This document shows positions 34,815 to 43,163 of a stretch of 64,000 bases of DNA, in pieces. The stretch lies in contig CBDUPA010000012.1 of NCBI GenBank assembly GCA_965368975.1, positions 64,001 to 128,000 on the forward strand. Direction: 5' to 3'. The first letter of the stretch is position 1, and every line of letters begins with the position of its first letter. The translations under genes and the position numbers were made by a program. The DNA is from an uncultured bacterium. GTDB taxonomy: Bacteria > Acidobacteriota > Thermoanaerobaculia > Multivoradales > JAHZIX01. The notes under the pieces are model-generated. The model searched no databases, was not told where the DNA came from, and was given only the letters and a program-made list of their open reading frames with translations.

Positions 34815-37210
34815 TGTCGCCGCCGATGACACTTCTTCTTTCCACCTCGACCTCGAAGCCACGGAGACCGCTCGCCGCCATGACCCACTCCCCGCGTCCC
34901 CGCCCTGCGCGCCGCGCCTCACTGGCGCCGCTCACCGCCGCTCCGCTCACGGCTGCTCTGCTCACGACCGCCTTGCTGCTGTCTCCGGCCCTGGCACCGC
35001 CCGCGAGCGCCACCGAGGTCAAGATCTTCCGCACCGCCGACCGCGCCGGCTTCCTGGCTGGTGAGCTCGACGGCGTCAGCCTCGATCAGCTCGGCCGCCT
35101 GCGCCTGGCGGATCGCATCGAGCGCGTCAGCACCGTCGAGGAACCGTACCTGTACGCCGCCGCGGACTATCCGTCCGAGGATGGCGGCGGCTGGGTCGTC
35201 GGCACCGGTAGCGCCGGGCGTGTGTACCACGTGCGCCAGGACGGCACCTCCTCGCTGCTGTTCGAGGTCGCTGAGCCGCAGGTGCTGAGCGTGCTCAGCC
35301 ACGGCGGCGCCGTCTACGTCGGCACCGGTCCGACCCCCGGCGCCGAGGCCACCGGCAAGGTCTACCGCTACACGCCGCCAGCGTCCGGCAGCGACGAAGC
35401 GACGCTCGAAGTCTTGTTCGACAGCGGCGAGACCTATGTTTGGGCGCTGGCCATGCTGAGCGATGGTCGCCTGGCGGTCGGCACCGGTACGCAGGGCAAG
35501 CTGTTCGCCCTCGACCTGAAGCAGGATCTGGCCGAGCAGGAAGCCACCCTGCTGCACGACTCCACGGACATCCACATCCGCAGCCTGCTGGCGCTTCCCG
35601 AGGACGGCGACTTCGGTGGTGGCCTGCTCGCCGGCACCGCTGGCGAAGGCCTGCTGCTACACGTCGCCGCCAACGGCACCACGCGCACGCTCTACGACGC
35701 GGCGCAGCCCGAGATCACCGCGCTGACCGCCGGCCCGGACGCTAGCGGCTCCGGCGTGCGCGCGTATGCCGCCGCCATCGCCTCTGAAGCCTCCGGCGTC
35801 GACCTCGCACGCCGCGCCGCCCAGCAACAGCAGCAGCAAAGCCAGGAAGACCCGAGCAACGGCGACTCGCAGGCCGAGCTCGTCGCCCCGACACCCGACG
35901 GCACCGTCGGCTCGCGTCCCGGCAATTTCCGCGGCGGTCGCAGTGAGATCCTCACCATCGCCGCCGATGGCGTCGTCGAGAGCCTGTGGACGTTCCAGGA
36001 ACAGACCGTCTTCAGCCTGCTCTACCTGGATGACCGCCTGTGGCTCGGCACCGGCGTCGAGGGCGAGCTGTTCAGCTTCCGCGGCGGCGACATGGTGGTC
36101 GAGAAGCAGAGCGAGGAGCGGCAGGTGATGGCGCTGCTGGCGAGCGAAGACGGCCCCGTCCTGGCCACCACCAACGGCGCCGCCGTCTACCGCGCCAGCG
36201 GTGGTCGAGAATCGGCGGGCATCTACACCAGCAGCGTCTACGATGCCGAGGCCGTTTCGCGCTTCGGCAGCTTCCGCTGGTACGGCTCGCAGGCCGAGAA
36301 GGCTGCCAGCTTCTCCTTCCGCTCCGGCCTCTCCGCCTTCCCGGACGCCACCTGGTCCGACTGGACCGCACCCAAGAACGGCCACGAGATCGCCCTCGAC
36401 ACCCTGCCTGCCGGCCGCTACGTGCAGTGGCGCGCCGAGCTGAAGAATGGCGACGTGAGCCCGCGTCTCGACGCCGTCGAGCTGAGCTACCGGCAGCGCA
36501 ACGCCAAGCCGCGCATCCACGAGCTGAGCGTCCTGGAACCGGGGCAGATCCTGGTCCCCAGCACCTTCAACCCCAACGGCCAGACGTTCGAACCCGCGCA
36601 CCCCAACCGCGATGGCATCTTCACCACCCTGCAGCCTGCCGCGCGCGAGGATGCCCGCCTCAAGACGCTGTGGAAGCTTGGCTACCGCTCGCTGTCCTGG
36701 AAGACCGAAGATCCCAACCAGGACGACCTCGAGTACACGCTGTCGTTCCAGCGCCAAGCGGACGTGGCGCCGGCAGACGACTGGTTGCCGATGGTCGAGA
36801 AGCTCGACGACGACCACCTCAGCTTCGACGCCACCGTGCTGCCCGATGGCATCTACCGTTTCCGTCTCGAAGCCAGCGATGCCGAGGCCAACCTGCCCGG
36901 CGAAGGCCAGAGCGCCGAGCGCGTCAGTGAGCCGGTGGTGATCGACCACAGTGTGCCGGTGCTGGTCAAAGCCGAGCGCCAGGGCAGTACCCTGCAGGTC
37001 GAAGTGCGCGACGCCTGGAACCCCCTGCGCGAAGTCGTCTACAGCGTCGATGCCGGCGAATGGCAACGCGCTCCCACCGCCGATGCCCTGGTCGACGGTC
37101 GGCGCGAAGTGCTGCAGATTCCGATCCCCGAAGGCGCCAAGCTGCTGATCCTGCGCTGCACCGACGCTGCCCACAACGTCATTACCTTCGACTTGTCCGG
37201 AGAGCTGTGA
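34811..37210 (+). CDS. Secreted beta-propeller plus beta-sandwich protein (neighbour of the S55 peptidase)
   Basis: Signal peptide; repeated GTG..GKVY/LF blades; WSDW..RYVQWRAEL; PDGIYRFRLEASD. Start may be 34880. Confidence 0.8.
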   Translation: MMSPPMTLLLSTSTSKPRRPLAAMTHSPRPRPARRASLAPLTAAPLTAALLTTALLLSPALAPPASATEVKIFRTADRAGFLAGELDGVSLDQLGRLRLADRIERVSTVEEPYLYAAADYPSEDGGGWVVGTGSAGRVYHVRQDGTSSLLFEVAEPQVLSVLSHGGAVYVGTGPTPGAEATGKVYRYTPPASGSDEATLEVLFDSGETYVWALAMLSDGRLAVGTGTQGKLFALDLKQDLAEQEATLLHDSTDIHIRSLLALPEDGDFGGGLLAGTAGEGLLLHVAANGTTRTLYDAAQPEITALTAGPDASGSGVRAYAAAIASEASGVDLARRAAQQQQQQSQEDPSNGDSQAELVAPTPDGTVGSRPGNFRGGRSEILTIAADGVVESLWTFQEQTVFSLLYLDDRLWLGTGVEGELFSFRGGDMVVEKQSEERQVMALLASEDGPVLATTNGAAVYRASGGRESAGIYTSSVYDAEAVSRFGSFRWYGSQAEKAASFSFRSGLSAFPDATWSDWTAPKNGHEIALDTLPAGRYVQWRAELKNGDVSPRLDAVELSYRQRNAKPRIHELSVLEPGQILVPSTFNPNGQTFEPAHPNRDGIFTTLQPAAREDARLKTLWKLGYRSLSWKTEDPNQDDLEYTLSFQRQADVAPADDWLPMVEKLDDDHLSFDATVLPDGIYRFRLEASDAEANLPGEGQSAERVSEPVVIDHSVPVLVKAERQGSTLQVEVRDAWNPLREVVYSVDAGEWQRAPTADALVDGRREVLQIPIPEGAKLLILRCTDAAHNVITFDLSGEL

Positions 37211-37710
37211 TGCCCCATCGACGTCCCCCCGGAGCCCCCCTCACTGCCGTCTACCCGGGCTCCTTCGACCCCATCCATCACGGCCATCTCGACCTGATCG
37301 AGCGCTGTAGCGTGCTGTTCGACGAAGTCATCGTCGGCGTGCTGCACAACGAAGCCAAGCAGCCGCTGTTCACCAGCGCCGAGCGCGTCGAGATGATCTC
37401 CGAGCAGGTCACCCCCTTCGGCAACTGCCGCGTCGAGGCCTTCTCCGGCCTGCTCGTCGACTTCGTCGAAGGCGCCGGCGCCTCCTGCGTCATCCGCGGC
37501 CTGCGCGCCGTCGCCGACTTCGAGTACGAGTTCCAGATGGCGCTGATGAACCGGCGTCTCAACCCGAGAGTCGAGACCATGTTCATGATGCCCAAGGAGG
37601 ACTACACCTTCCTGTCCAGCCGGACGGTGAAAGAAGTCTTCTTCCTCGGCGGCAACCTGGATGGCCTGGTGCCTGAGGGCGTGATCGAGCGGATGAAGGA
37701 GAAGTTGTAG
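37210..37710 (+). CDS. coaD: Pantetheine-phosphate adenylyltransferase
   Basis: AVYPGSFDPIHHGHLDLIER, IRGLRAVADFEYEFQMA, LSSRTVKEV. Confidence 0.97.
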   Translation: MPHRRPPGAPLTAVYPGSFDPIHHGHLDLIERCSVLFDEVIVGVLHNEAKQPLFTSAERVEMISEQVTPFGNCRVEAFSGLLVDFVEGAGASCVIRGLRAVADFEYEFQMALMNRRLNPRVETMFMMPKEDYTFLSSRTVKEVFFLGGNLDGLVPEGVIERMKEKL

Positions 37711-37724
37711 GGGTTCCAGGGGGA

Positions 37725-37865
37725 GGGCGCAATGCCTTGCGCCCCTACGACCCGCGCCCCCGCCCGAACGTTACGCATTCGGGAGATCCACCAGGCCGCG
37801 GAGTTCGTGCCGTGCGTAGCGTTCGGGGGAAGGGTGGTTCCGTAGGGGCGCAGGGGTCTGCGCCC
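37725..37865. repeat. REPIN-like element (two inverted GTAG REPs with internal palindrome)
   Basis: GGGCGCAATGCCTTGCGCCCCTAC ... CCCGAACG ... CGTTCGGG ... GTAGGGGCGCAGGGGTCTGCGCCC between convergent genes. Confidence 0.8.
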
Positions 37866-37872
37866 TCTGGTG

Positions 37873-38892
37873 TCACAACATTCCCCGCAGCCACGCTCTC
37901 AGCCACAGAGGCCACCGCTTCCACCGCCCCGCCTCGACCGCCAGCTCCGCCGCCTCGACGCACAGGCGACGCCGCCAGTGCTCGCGCACCGCGTCGAACG
38001 TGTAGTCCTTCGCCCGCTCGCGCCCGTTCTCGACCATCGCCCGGTACAGCCCTGGCTCGGTGCGCAAGCGTCGGATCGCCGCTTTGGCGTCGTCCAGGCC
38101 CTCCACCTCGATGTAGTCCAGCTCCGAGCGGCGCAACTCGCGGTACGCCGCTTCCGGTCCCAGCAGCGCCGGAACCCCGGCGTGCCAGGCATTGACCAGC
38201 TTGGTGGCGGGCTTCTTCGAGTGCAACCGGCGATCCGGCGGACGGACGGCGAGGACGAGGTCGACGTCGCGGTAGTCGGGCCAGTGTGTCTCGGGCATCT
38301 CTTCCTTCTGGAAGGCGACCGAGTCGAGGTCCCAGGTCATGTCCTGGTCGTGCAGGAAGGTCGGCCACGAAGGGTCGTGGAACGCGGGGTGCAGGTTGCC
38401 GTGGAAGCCCTTGTACGCCAGGTGCTCGACACGCGTGCCGCGCTGCGGATCGCGCGCTTGCAGTCCTGCCTGCGGCCAGTGCGGCACGTGCACGCGTCGC
38501 TGACCCGCATGCAGTGAGTCGTCGGCATAGACCCCGTTCTGCAGGATCTCGAGATCCGCCAGCCGTGCCGGCTTGAGGTCGCCGCGCACGCCGACCAGGA
38601 CGAGATCGGCGTCTGTACCGCGACGCTGCAACTCCTTGCGCAGCGTGTGGCGGTGCTTGCTGTGGAAGACGACAACCTTGCTCTCCGGTGACACCGCGGG
38701 CAGCGCGTCCACCAGTTCCGCGTCCACCGGCGGCGACTGGCCCGCTCGCCGCAAGCGCAGGCAGGTTTGCAGGATCCAGGCATGCTCGCCGCGTCGGAAG
38801 GCGGTCCAGTCGCGGTCGGGGTCGAGGTGGAGGAGGGAGGGGAGCCCACTATGGGAAGACTCGTCTTGGTGGGGGAGGTAGAAGAGGATCAT
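37873..38892 (-). CDS. Putative GT-B glycosyltransferase
   Basis: C-terminal YRDVDLVLAVR..KPATKLVNAWHAGVPALL..AIRRL..LYRAMVENG resembles a GT-B nucleotide-sugar-binding region. Confidence 0.7.
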   Translation of the reverse strand: MILFYLPHQDESSHSGLPSLLHLDPDRDWTAFRRGEHAWILQTCLRLRRAGQSPPVDAELVDALPAVSPESKVVVFHSKHRHTLRKELQRRGTDADLVLVGVRGDLKPARLADLEILQNGVYADDSLHAGQRRVHVPHWPQAGLQARDPQRGTRVEHLAYKGFHGNLHPAFHDPSWPTFLHDQDMTWDLDSVAFQKEEMPETHWPDYRDVDLVLAVRPPDRRLHSKKPATKLVNAWHAGVPALLGPEAAYRELRRSELDYIEVEGLDDAKAAIRRLRTEPGLYRAMVENGRERAKDYTFDAVREHWRRRLCVEAAELAVEAGRWKRWPLWLRAWLRGML

Positions 38893-38915
38893 GGGGAGCC
38901 CTCATCCGCCCCGGA

Positions 38916-39041
38916 GGGCGCAGACCCCTGCGCCCCTACAGACCCGCGCCGCCGCCCGAACGTTACGTGGTCCGAATCGTTCATGCCGTGCGTTCCGTTC
39001 GGGGGTTGGGGTGGGTCGTAGGGGCGCAAGGCATTGCGCCC
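38916..39041. repeat. REPIN-like element, inverted copy of 37725-37865
   Basis: GGGCGCAGACCCCTGCGCCCCTAC ... CCCGAACG ... CGTTCGGG ... GTAGGGGCGCAAGGCATTGCGCCC. Confidence 0.8.
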
Positions 39042-40048
39042 TGGGTGGTGGTTGGCTCCGCCACCTTCCCCGCCGCCGCCACCAACACCTCGACGCCCGC
39101 ACCGTCGAGATGCGCCTTCTCGCTCAGGTACCGTCGCCATGCACGCGCCCCTGGCTGGCCGGCGAAGAGCCCCAGCAGGTGACGGCTGATCCGCTTCAGC
39201 GGCACCCCCGCCGCCAGCTGGCGCTCGACGTACGGAAAGAGCCCTTCGACGACCGCGCGGCGTGTTGGCACTTCACCGTCGTCGCCAAAGATCGCCGTGT
39301 CCACCGACGCGAGGAAGTACGGATCTTCGTACGCAGCCCGCCCGATCATGCAGGCGTCGACGTGACGCAGGTGCTCCTGGATCGCGTCCAGCGTGCGGAT
39401 ACCGCCGTTGATCTCGATGTGCAGGTGCGGGAACTCCCGCTTGAGCCGATACACGTCGTCATAGCGCAGCGGCGGAATCGTCCGGTTCTCCTTCGGGCTC
39501 AGCCCCGACAACCACGCCTTGCGCGCGTGCACCGTGAACCGATCCGCCCCGGCGCGCGCCACCACCTCCACGAAGCGCGCCATGTCCTCATAGCGGTCCA
39601 GGTCGTCAATGCCGATGCGATGCTTCACCGTCACCGGCAACGCTACCGCCCCGCGCATCGCCTCCACCGCCCGCGCCACCTTCTCCGGCTCGGCCATCAA
39701 GCAGGCGCCAAAGCTCCCTTTCTGCACCCGGTCGCTCGGGCAGCCGACGTTCAGGTTCACCTCGTCATAGCCCAGATCCGCCGCGATGCGCGCGCACTCG
39801 CTCAGCTCCGCCGGATCGTCGCCCCCCAGTTGCAGCGCCAGCGGATGCTCCACCTCGTCATAGCCGAGCAAGGCGTCGCGGTTCCCATGCAACACCGCTC
39901 CCGTCGTCACCATCTCCGTGTACAGCAGTGAGTGTCGTGTCAGCTGGCGCTGGAAGACGCGGAAGTGCCGGTCGCTGTGATCCATCATCGGGGCGATGGA
40001 GACGGACGGCGTCGAGGTGCGGGGAGTGGGGAGCGGCGTGGGCGTCAT
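38981..40048 (-). CDS. dusA: tRNA-dihydrouridine synthase A
   Basis: SIAPMMD, LYTEMVT, EHPLALQLGG, NLNVGCPSDRVQ, VTVKHRIG, VHARKAWLSGLSPKENR, INGGI, MIGRAAY. Confidence 0.96.
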   Translation of the reverse strand: MTPTPLPTPRTSTPSVSIAPMMDHSDRHFRVFQRQLTRHSLLYTEMVTTGAVLHGNRDALLGYDEVEHPLALQLGGDDPAELSECARIAADLGYDEVNLNVGCPSDRVQKGSFGACLMAEPEKVARAVEAMRGAVALPVTVKHRIGIDDLDRYEDMARFVEVVARAGADRFTVHARKAWLSGLSPKENRTIPPLRYDDVYRLKREFPHLHIEINGGIRTLDAIQEHLRHVDACMIGRAAYEDPYFLASVDTAIFGDDGEVPTRRAVVEGLFPYVERQLAAGVPLKRISRHLLGLFAGQPGARAWRRYLSEKAHLDGAGVEVLVAAAGKVAEPTTTQGAMPCAPTTHPNPRTERTA

Positions 40049-40109
40049 GGCGGGGGTATTCTACCGAGGTGGGGAGATGGGGGCGATGTGGTGCTTCCGA
40101 GGGGCCGGG

Positions 40110-41420
40110 TCAGAGCCGCCAGTAGAGGTGGTAGACGGGGAAGGGACGGCCGCCGGCTCGCTCGGCGCGCAGGACCTCGTGCAGCACCAGGCGGAGGTCC
40201 TGCAGCGTGAGATGTCCGCCAGAGGCTTGATTGCCGAACAGGCGTAGGGCGAGGGCGGCTTGGGGGCTGCACGTGAGATGGTCGGCGAGGGCGGCGATAC
40301 GACGTGCCAGGTCGAGGTCGACAGCTTGCTCGCCTTGGTGCCCCGCCCTGGCATCGGCCTTGCGGCTCAGCTTGCGGCCGGTCTTGCGAGCGGGTGCCAG
40401 TCGCAGCTGCAAGCCGTGGCTGAGAACGAGGACCGCTTCCAGCGCTCGACGGACCTGGACGAATTCGTCAGCCAGGTCGATCCAGGGGCGCGGGTCGGTG
40501 GCGTCGTCGACGTCGAGATCCCGGCCAGCGAAAGGGGAGCGCACGCCCAGGTCGTCGCCGTGCAGCAGGCACAGCCAGCGCAGGTGCGGCGGTGACGTGT
40601 CGAAGCCGGCGGTGTCGGCGGCACGCAGGCCTTCTTCGATCACTTCGCGGGCCCGCTCCCGGTGGCCGTGGTAGAGCAAGGCTCGTGCGGCCGCGGCGTG
40701 GGCGCTGTCGTCGACCAGGGACGGGGCGCTCAGGGCTTCCAGGTCACGCAGTAGGTTCCGCCGGCGCAGGCGATCTTGCCGCAGGTCGAGCATCATGCGT
40801 CCGAACAGTGCGCTGTGCCGCAGCGGGAAGGGGTCGGGCAGGCTGGCGGCAGGGTCGGAGTCTTCGGCTCTCCCCGTAAGCGCTATGGGTAGCCGGAAGG
40901 CCAGGTCGACGGCGGTCTCGACGTGGTCACGGGCGGCCGGCAGGTAGCCTTGCCAGCTGTTGTAACTGGCCAGGGCCCAGTGGATCAGCGTGCGGGTCGC
41001 GGGGTGCAGGGGCTGCTGGTCGGTGCTCAGGTCGAGCGCTTGGTGCAGTCGTCGATAGCCTTGGAGATGGTAGCCGGTGTAGCTGAGGAAGCGGCCCAAC
41101 TGGGCCAGTGCCAGCGCGTGCAGTTCGCGCGCGTCGCCGGCGAAGTGACGCGTCTGCCGCAGCTGCGCCGTGATCTCGACGGCAAGCCGGGTCAGCTGCG
41201 ACGCCGCGGCGGGGCTCTCGCGCACCACGGCCTCGGCGGCGGTGAACAGCATCGCGACGCTGCCGCTGGTGTGGTAACGGCTGTCCTTGCGTACGATGTC
41301 CACGCGCCGCTGGGGCGTCTCGCGCAGCAACCGGGCGAGCAGCGGCCGCACCTCGGCGATTTCGGGGCGTTGTAGGAGTTCTTGCAGGCTGGGTTCTTTG
41401 GATCTGCTGTCCTGAGGCAT
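40110..41420 (-). CDS. Divergent TPR-like helical protein, paralog of 43164-44441
   Basis: SQLTRLAVEI..ELHALALAQLG aligns with GRLARLALML..ELRALAWANLA; the C-terminal ALALRLFGNQA..LTLQDL aligns with ALAALELFREAA..LSIEML. Confidence 0.65.
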   Translation of the reverse strand: MPQDSRSKEPSLQELLQRPEIAEVRPLLARLLRETPQRRVDIVRKDSRYHTSGSVAMLFTAAEAVVRESPAAASQLTRLAVEITAQLRQTRHFAGDARELHALALAQLGRFLSYTGYHLQGYRRLHQALDLSTDQQPLHPATRTLIHWALASYNSWQGYLPAARDHVETAVDLAFRLPIALTGRAEDSDPAASLPDPFPLRHSALFGRMMLDLRQDRLRRRNLLRDLEALSAPSLVDDSAHAAAARALLYHGHRERAREVIEEGLRAADTAGFDTSPPHLRWLCLLHGDDLGVRSPFAGRDLDVDDATDPRPWIDLADEFVQVRRALEAVLVLSHGLQLRLAPARKTGRKLSRKADARAGHQGEQAVDLDLARRIAALADHLTCSPQAALALRLFGNQASGGHLTLQDLRLVLHEVLRAERAGGRPFPVYHLYWRL

Positions 41421-41620
41421 GAGAGGGCTCCTCGTAGGCTGGAGAGACAGGATGCGGGCGGCAAACGACGGCGGCGGGAGGCGTCGAGGCTGCTGGCATC
41501 GACCCCGCCCGTCGCCCGTGGGGTCACGGTGGGTGGCTGTGTCGAGGCACCGTCAGCGCTGGCGAACCGGTGCGGGCCGCCTCGACTCGAGGGGGGCTCC
41601 TGAGCTCCAGGAGTGGCGGC

Positions 41621-42169
41621 CTACAGGGCTTCCGGCAGCGCGAGGCTGCGATCGACCCCCTCGAGACCAGCGGCCAGGTCGAGATCGAGACCGGTGACGC
41701 CGCGGCGCACAGCTGGGCTCGCCACCTCGACGCGGAGGCTCGGGCCGTCGATGCTCAGCCGCGGTGGGTGACGCAGCTTGCGAGCCACCGCGGCGATGGC
41801 GTTGGCGAAGGCGCAGGCGGCGGTGAAGTCCGGGAAGCGGTACTGCTTCTGCAACCCGCGTTCGCCTTCCTGCCAGCCCGGCAGGCGCTGTAGTTCGAGC
41901 GCCAGCTGCGCCGTCTCGACTTCGCCGACCTTGGTGTGCCCGGTACGGCTGGCTGTGGACAGTCGGCTGCAGCCACCGGTGGCGTCGACGGTGGTGCTGT
42001 CGGCTTGCCGCTCCGCATCGCTACCGATGCGTTCTGCTTTGAGCTTGTCGACGCTGCCGAGGCTTTCGATAGGGGGGCCTACACGCGCGGAGTCTGCGCT
42101 CGGGGAGCCCGCGCCGCGGCGAGTGTCGGTCGAGCGAGGGGAGCGTTGTCGTGCATGGGTTTTACTCAT
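41621..42169 (-). CDS. Pterin-4a-carbinolamine dehydratase-like protein with disordered N-terminus
   Basis: LPGW..LQKQYRFPDF..AFANAIA..RHPP..GVTGLDLDLA; the canonical HHP is altered to RHPP; AAGGA RBS then ATG 42169. Confidence 0.75.
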   Translation of the reverse strand: MSKTHARQRSPRSTDTRRGAGSPSADSARVGPPIESLGSVDKLKAERIGSDAERQADSTTVDATGGCSRLSTASRTGHTKVGEVETAQLALELQRLPGWQEGERGLQKQYRFPDFTAACAFANAIAAVARKLRHPPRLSIDGPSLRVEVASPAVRRGVTGLDLDLAAGLEGVDRSLALPEAL

Positions 42170-42791
42170 GGTCGTGTCATCCTTGATGAAGTGGGTTCGA
42201 GGTGAGTTTCGGCGGTAGCGCGCATGAATTCCTGCTGCAATCTCCTTGGATTCGCGCTCATTGCAATGAAATTCATGCGCGATCTGGGGGCAGCTTAGGG
42301 ATGCGATGCTGGCTTTGTCAAGTCTTAGGCAACGCAAAGGCATAGATTTTTATGCGGCTGATGCCGATCTGGACTGGAGGAAGCGTGTTCAGGCGAGTTC
42401 CGAAGGGCACGGCGAATCGCACCTCGGCAAGGAGGTGGGGAGGGAGCGGTCTGGGTACTGCAGAGTTGCCTCAGATCAAAGGGAATATTTCTTCTGCAAG
42501 ATCAAATGTTCGCAGGAAGGGGGGGTGGCCCTGGGTTGTCGCCGCTGTGCGAGAGGCGTAGGATGGCCGTTTCGAGAAGCTGAGGAAGGGCGTAAGTAGT
42601 GCTAGAGGAACGAGTTGCGGGAGGAGGTCTACCGTCTCGGTGGCTGCTGGAGCAGCCCGCAAGAACGCCTGCGATAGTCTCTCTGGAGGCGACGGCTTGC
42701 TGAATGGGGCAAGTCGGCCTGAGTGTCTATATACATCTCAGTGGTATCCGTCATGAGGGCGGTGCCAAACATGGTGAAAAGGAGATGCGAA

Positions 42792-42890
42792 ATGCTGAAG
42801 TATGGTGAGGCGAAGAAGGCTGTCTACAGAGGATCGCTTATCGACCCGATCGGGTTTGATAGAGGGTCATTGATCGATCCCATCGGATAG
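42792..42890 (+). CDS. 32-aa peptide with duplicated RGSLIDPIG motif (MLKYGEAKKAVYRGSLIDPIGFDRGSLIDPIG)
   Basis: AAAGGAG RBS 7 nt upstream of the ATG; the two repeats are identical in amino acids but 6 of 9 codons differ synonymously. Confidence 0.8.
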   Translation: MLKYGEAKKAVYRGSLIDPIGFDRGSLIDPIG

Positions 42891-42953
42891 CCCCGCTGTC
42901 TCGGTCCTTCCGAGTCTAAACTGCTGAATCCCCCCCATCGTACTTCCCCATAT

Positions 42954-42978
42954 GGCCCCGGGTGGCAGGCCCGGGGCC
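42954..42978 (+). terminator. GC-rich hairpin after the peptide gene
   Basis: GGCCCCGGG-N7-CCCGGGGCC perfect 9-bp stem; no clear U-tract. Confidence 0.45.
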
Positions 42979-42983
42979 TCGAC

Positions 42984-43012
42984 TTGCGTCAGTTACCGAC
43001 CTCGACTACACT
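42984..43012 (+). promoter_or_regulatory. Sigma70-like promoter for the TPR gene
   Basis: TTGCGT-N17-TACACT. Confidence 0.45.
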
Positions 43013-43163
43013 TTCGTCGATCCAGTAATATCTTTCCCGCAACCGGCTTGAATTCTGTCTTTCATGGATCACCGAATACTGGAAACGCCCGTGCGCTGTG
43101 ATCCGCAGGGCGACTGTTGACGCATTGGCACCATGCTACAGTGACCTAGGAGGACGAGACACC

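Noticed and set aside
42306-42662. Short ORFs in the low-GC intergenic region
   Set aside because: No RBS or recognisable motif, and mutually overlapping; more likely regulatory DNA.
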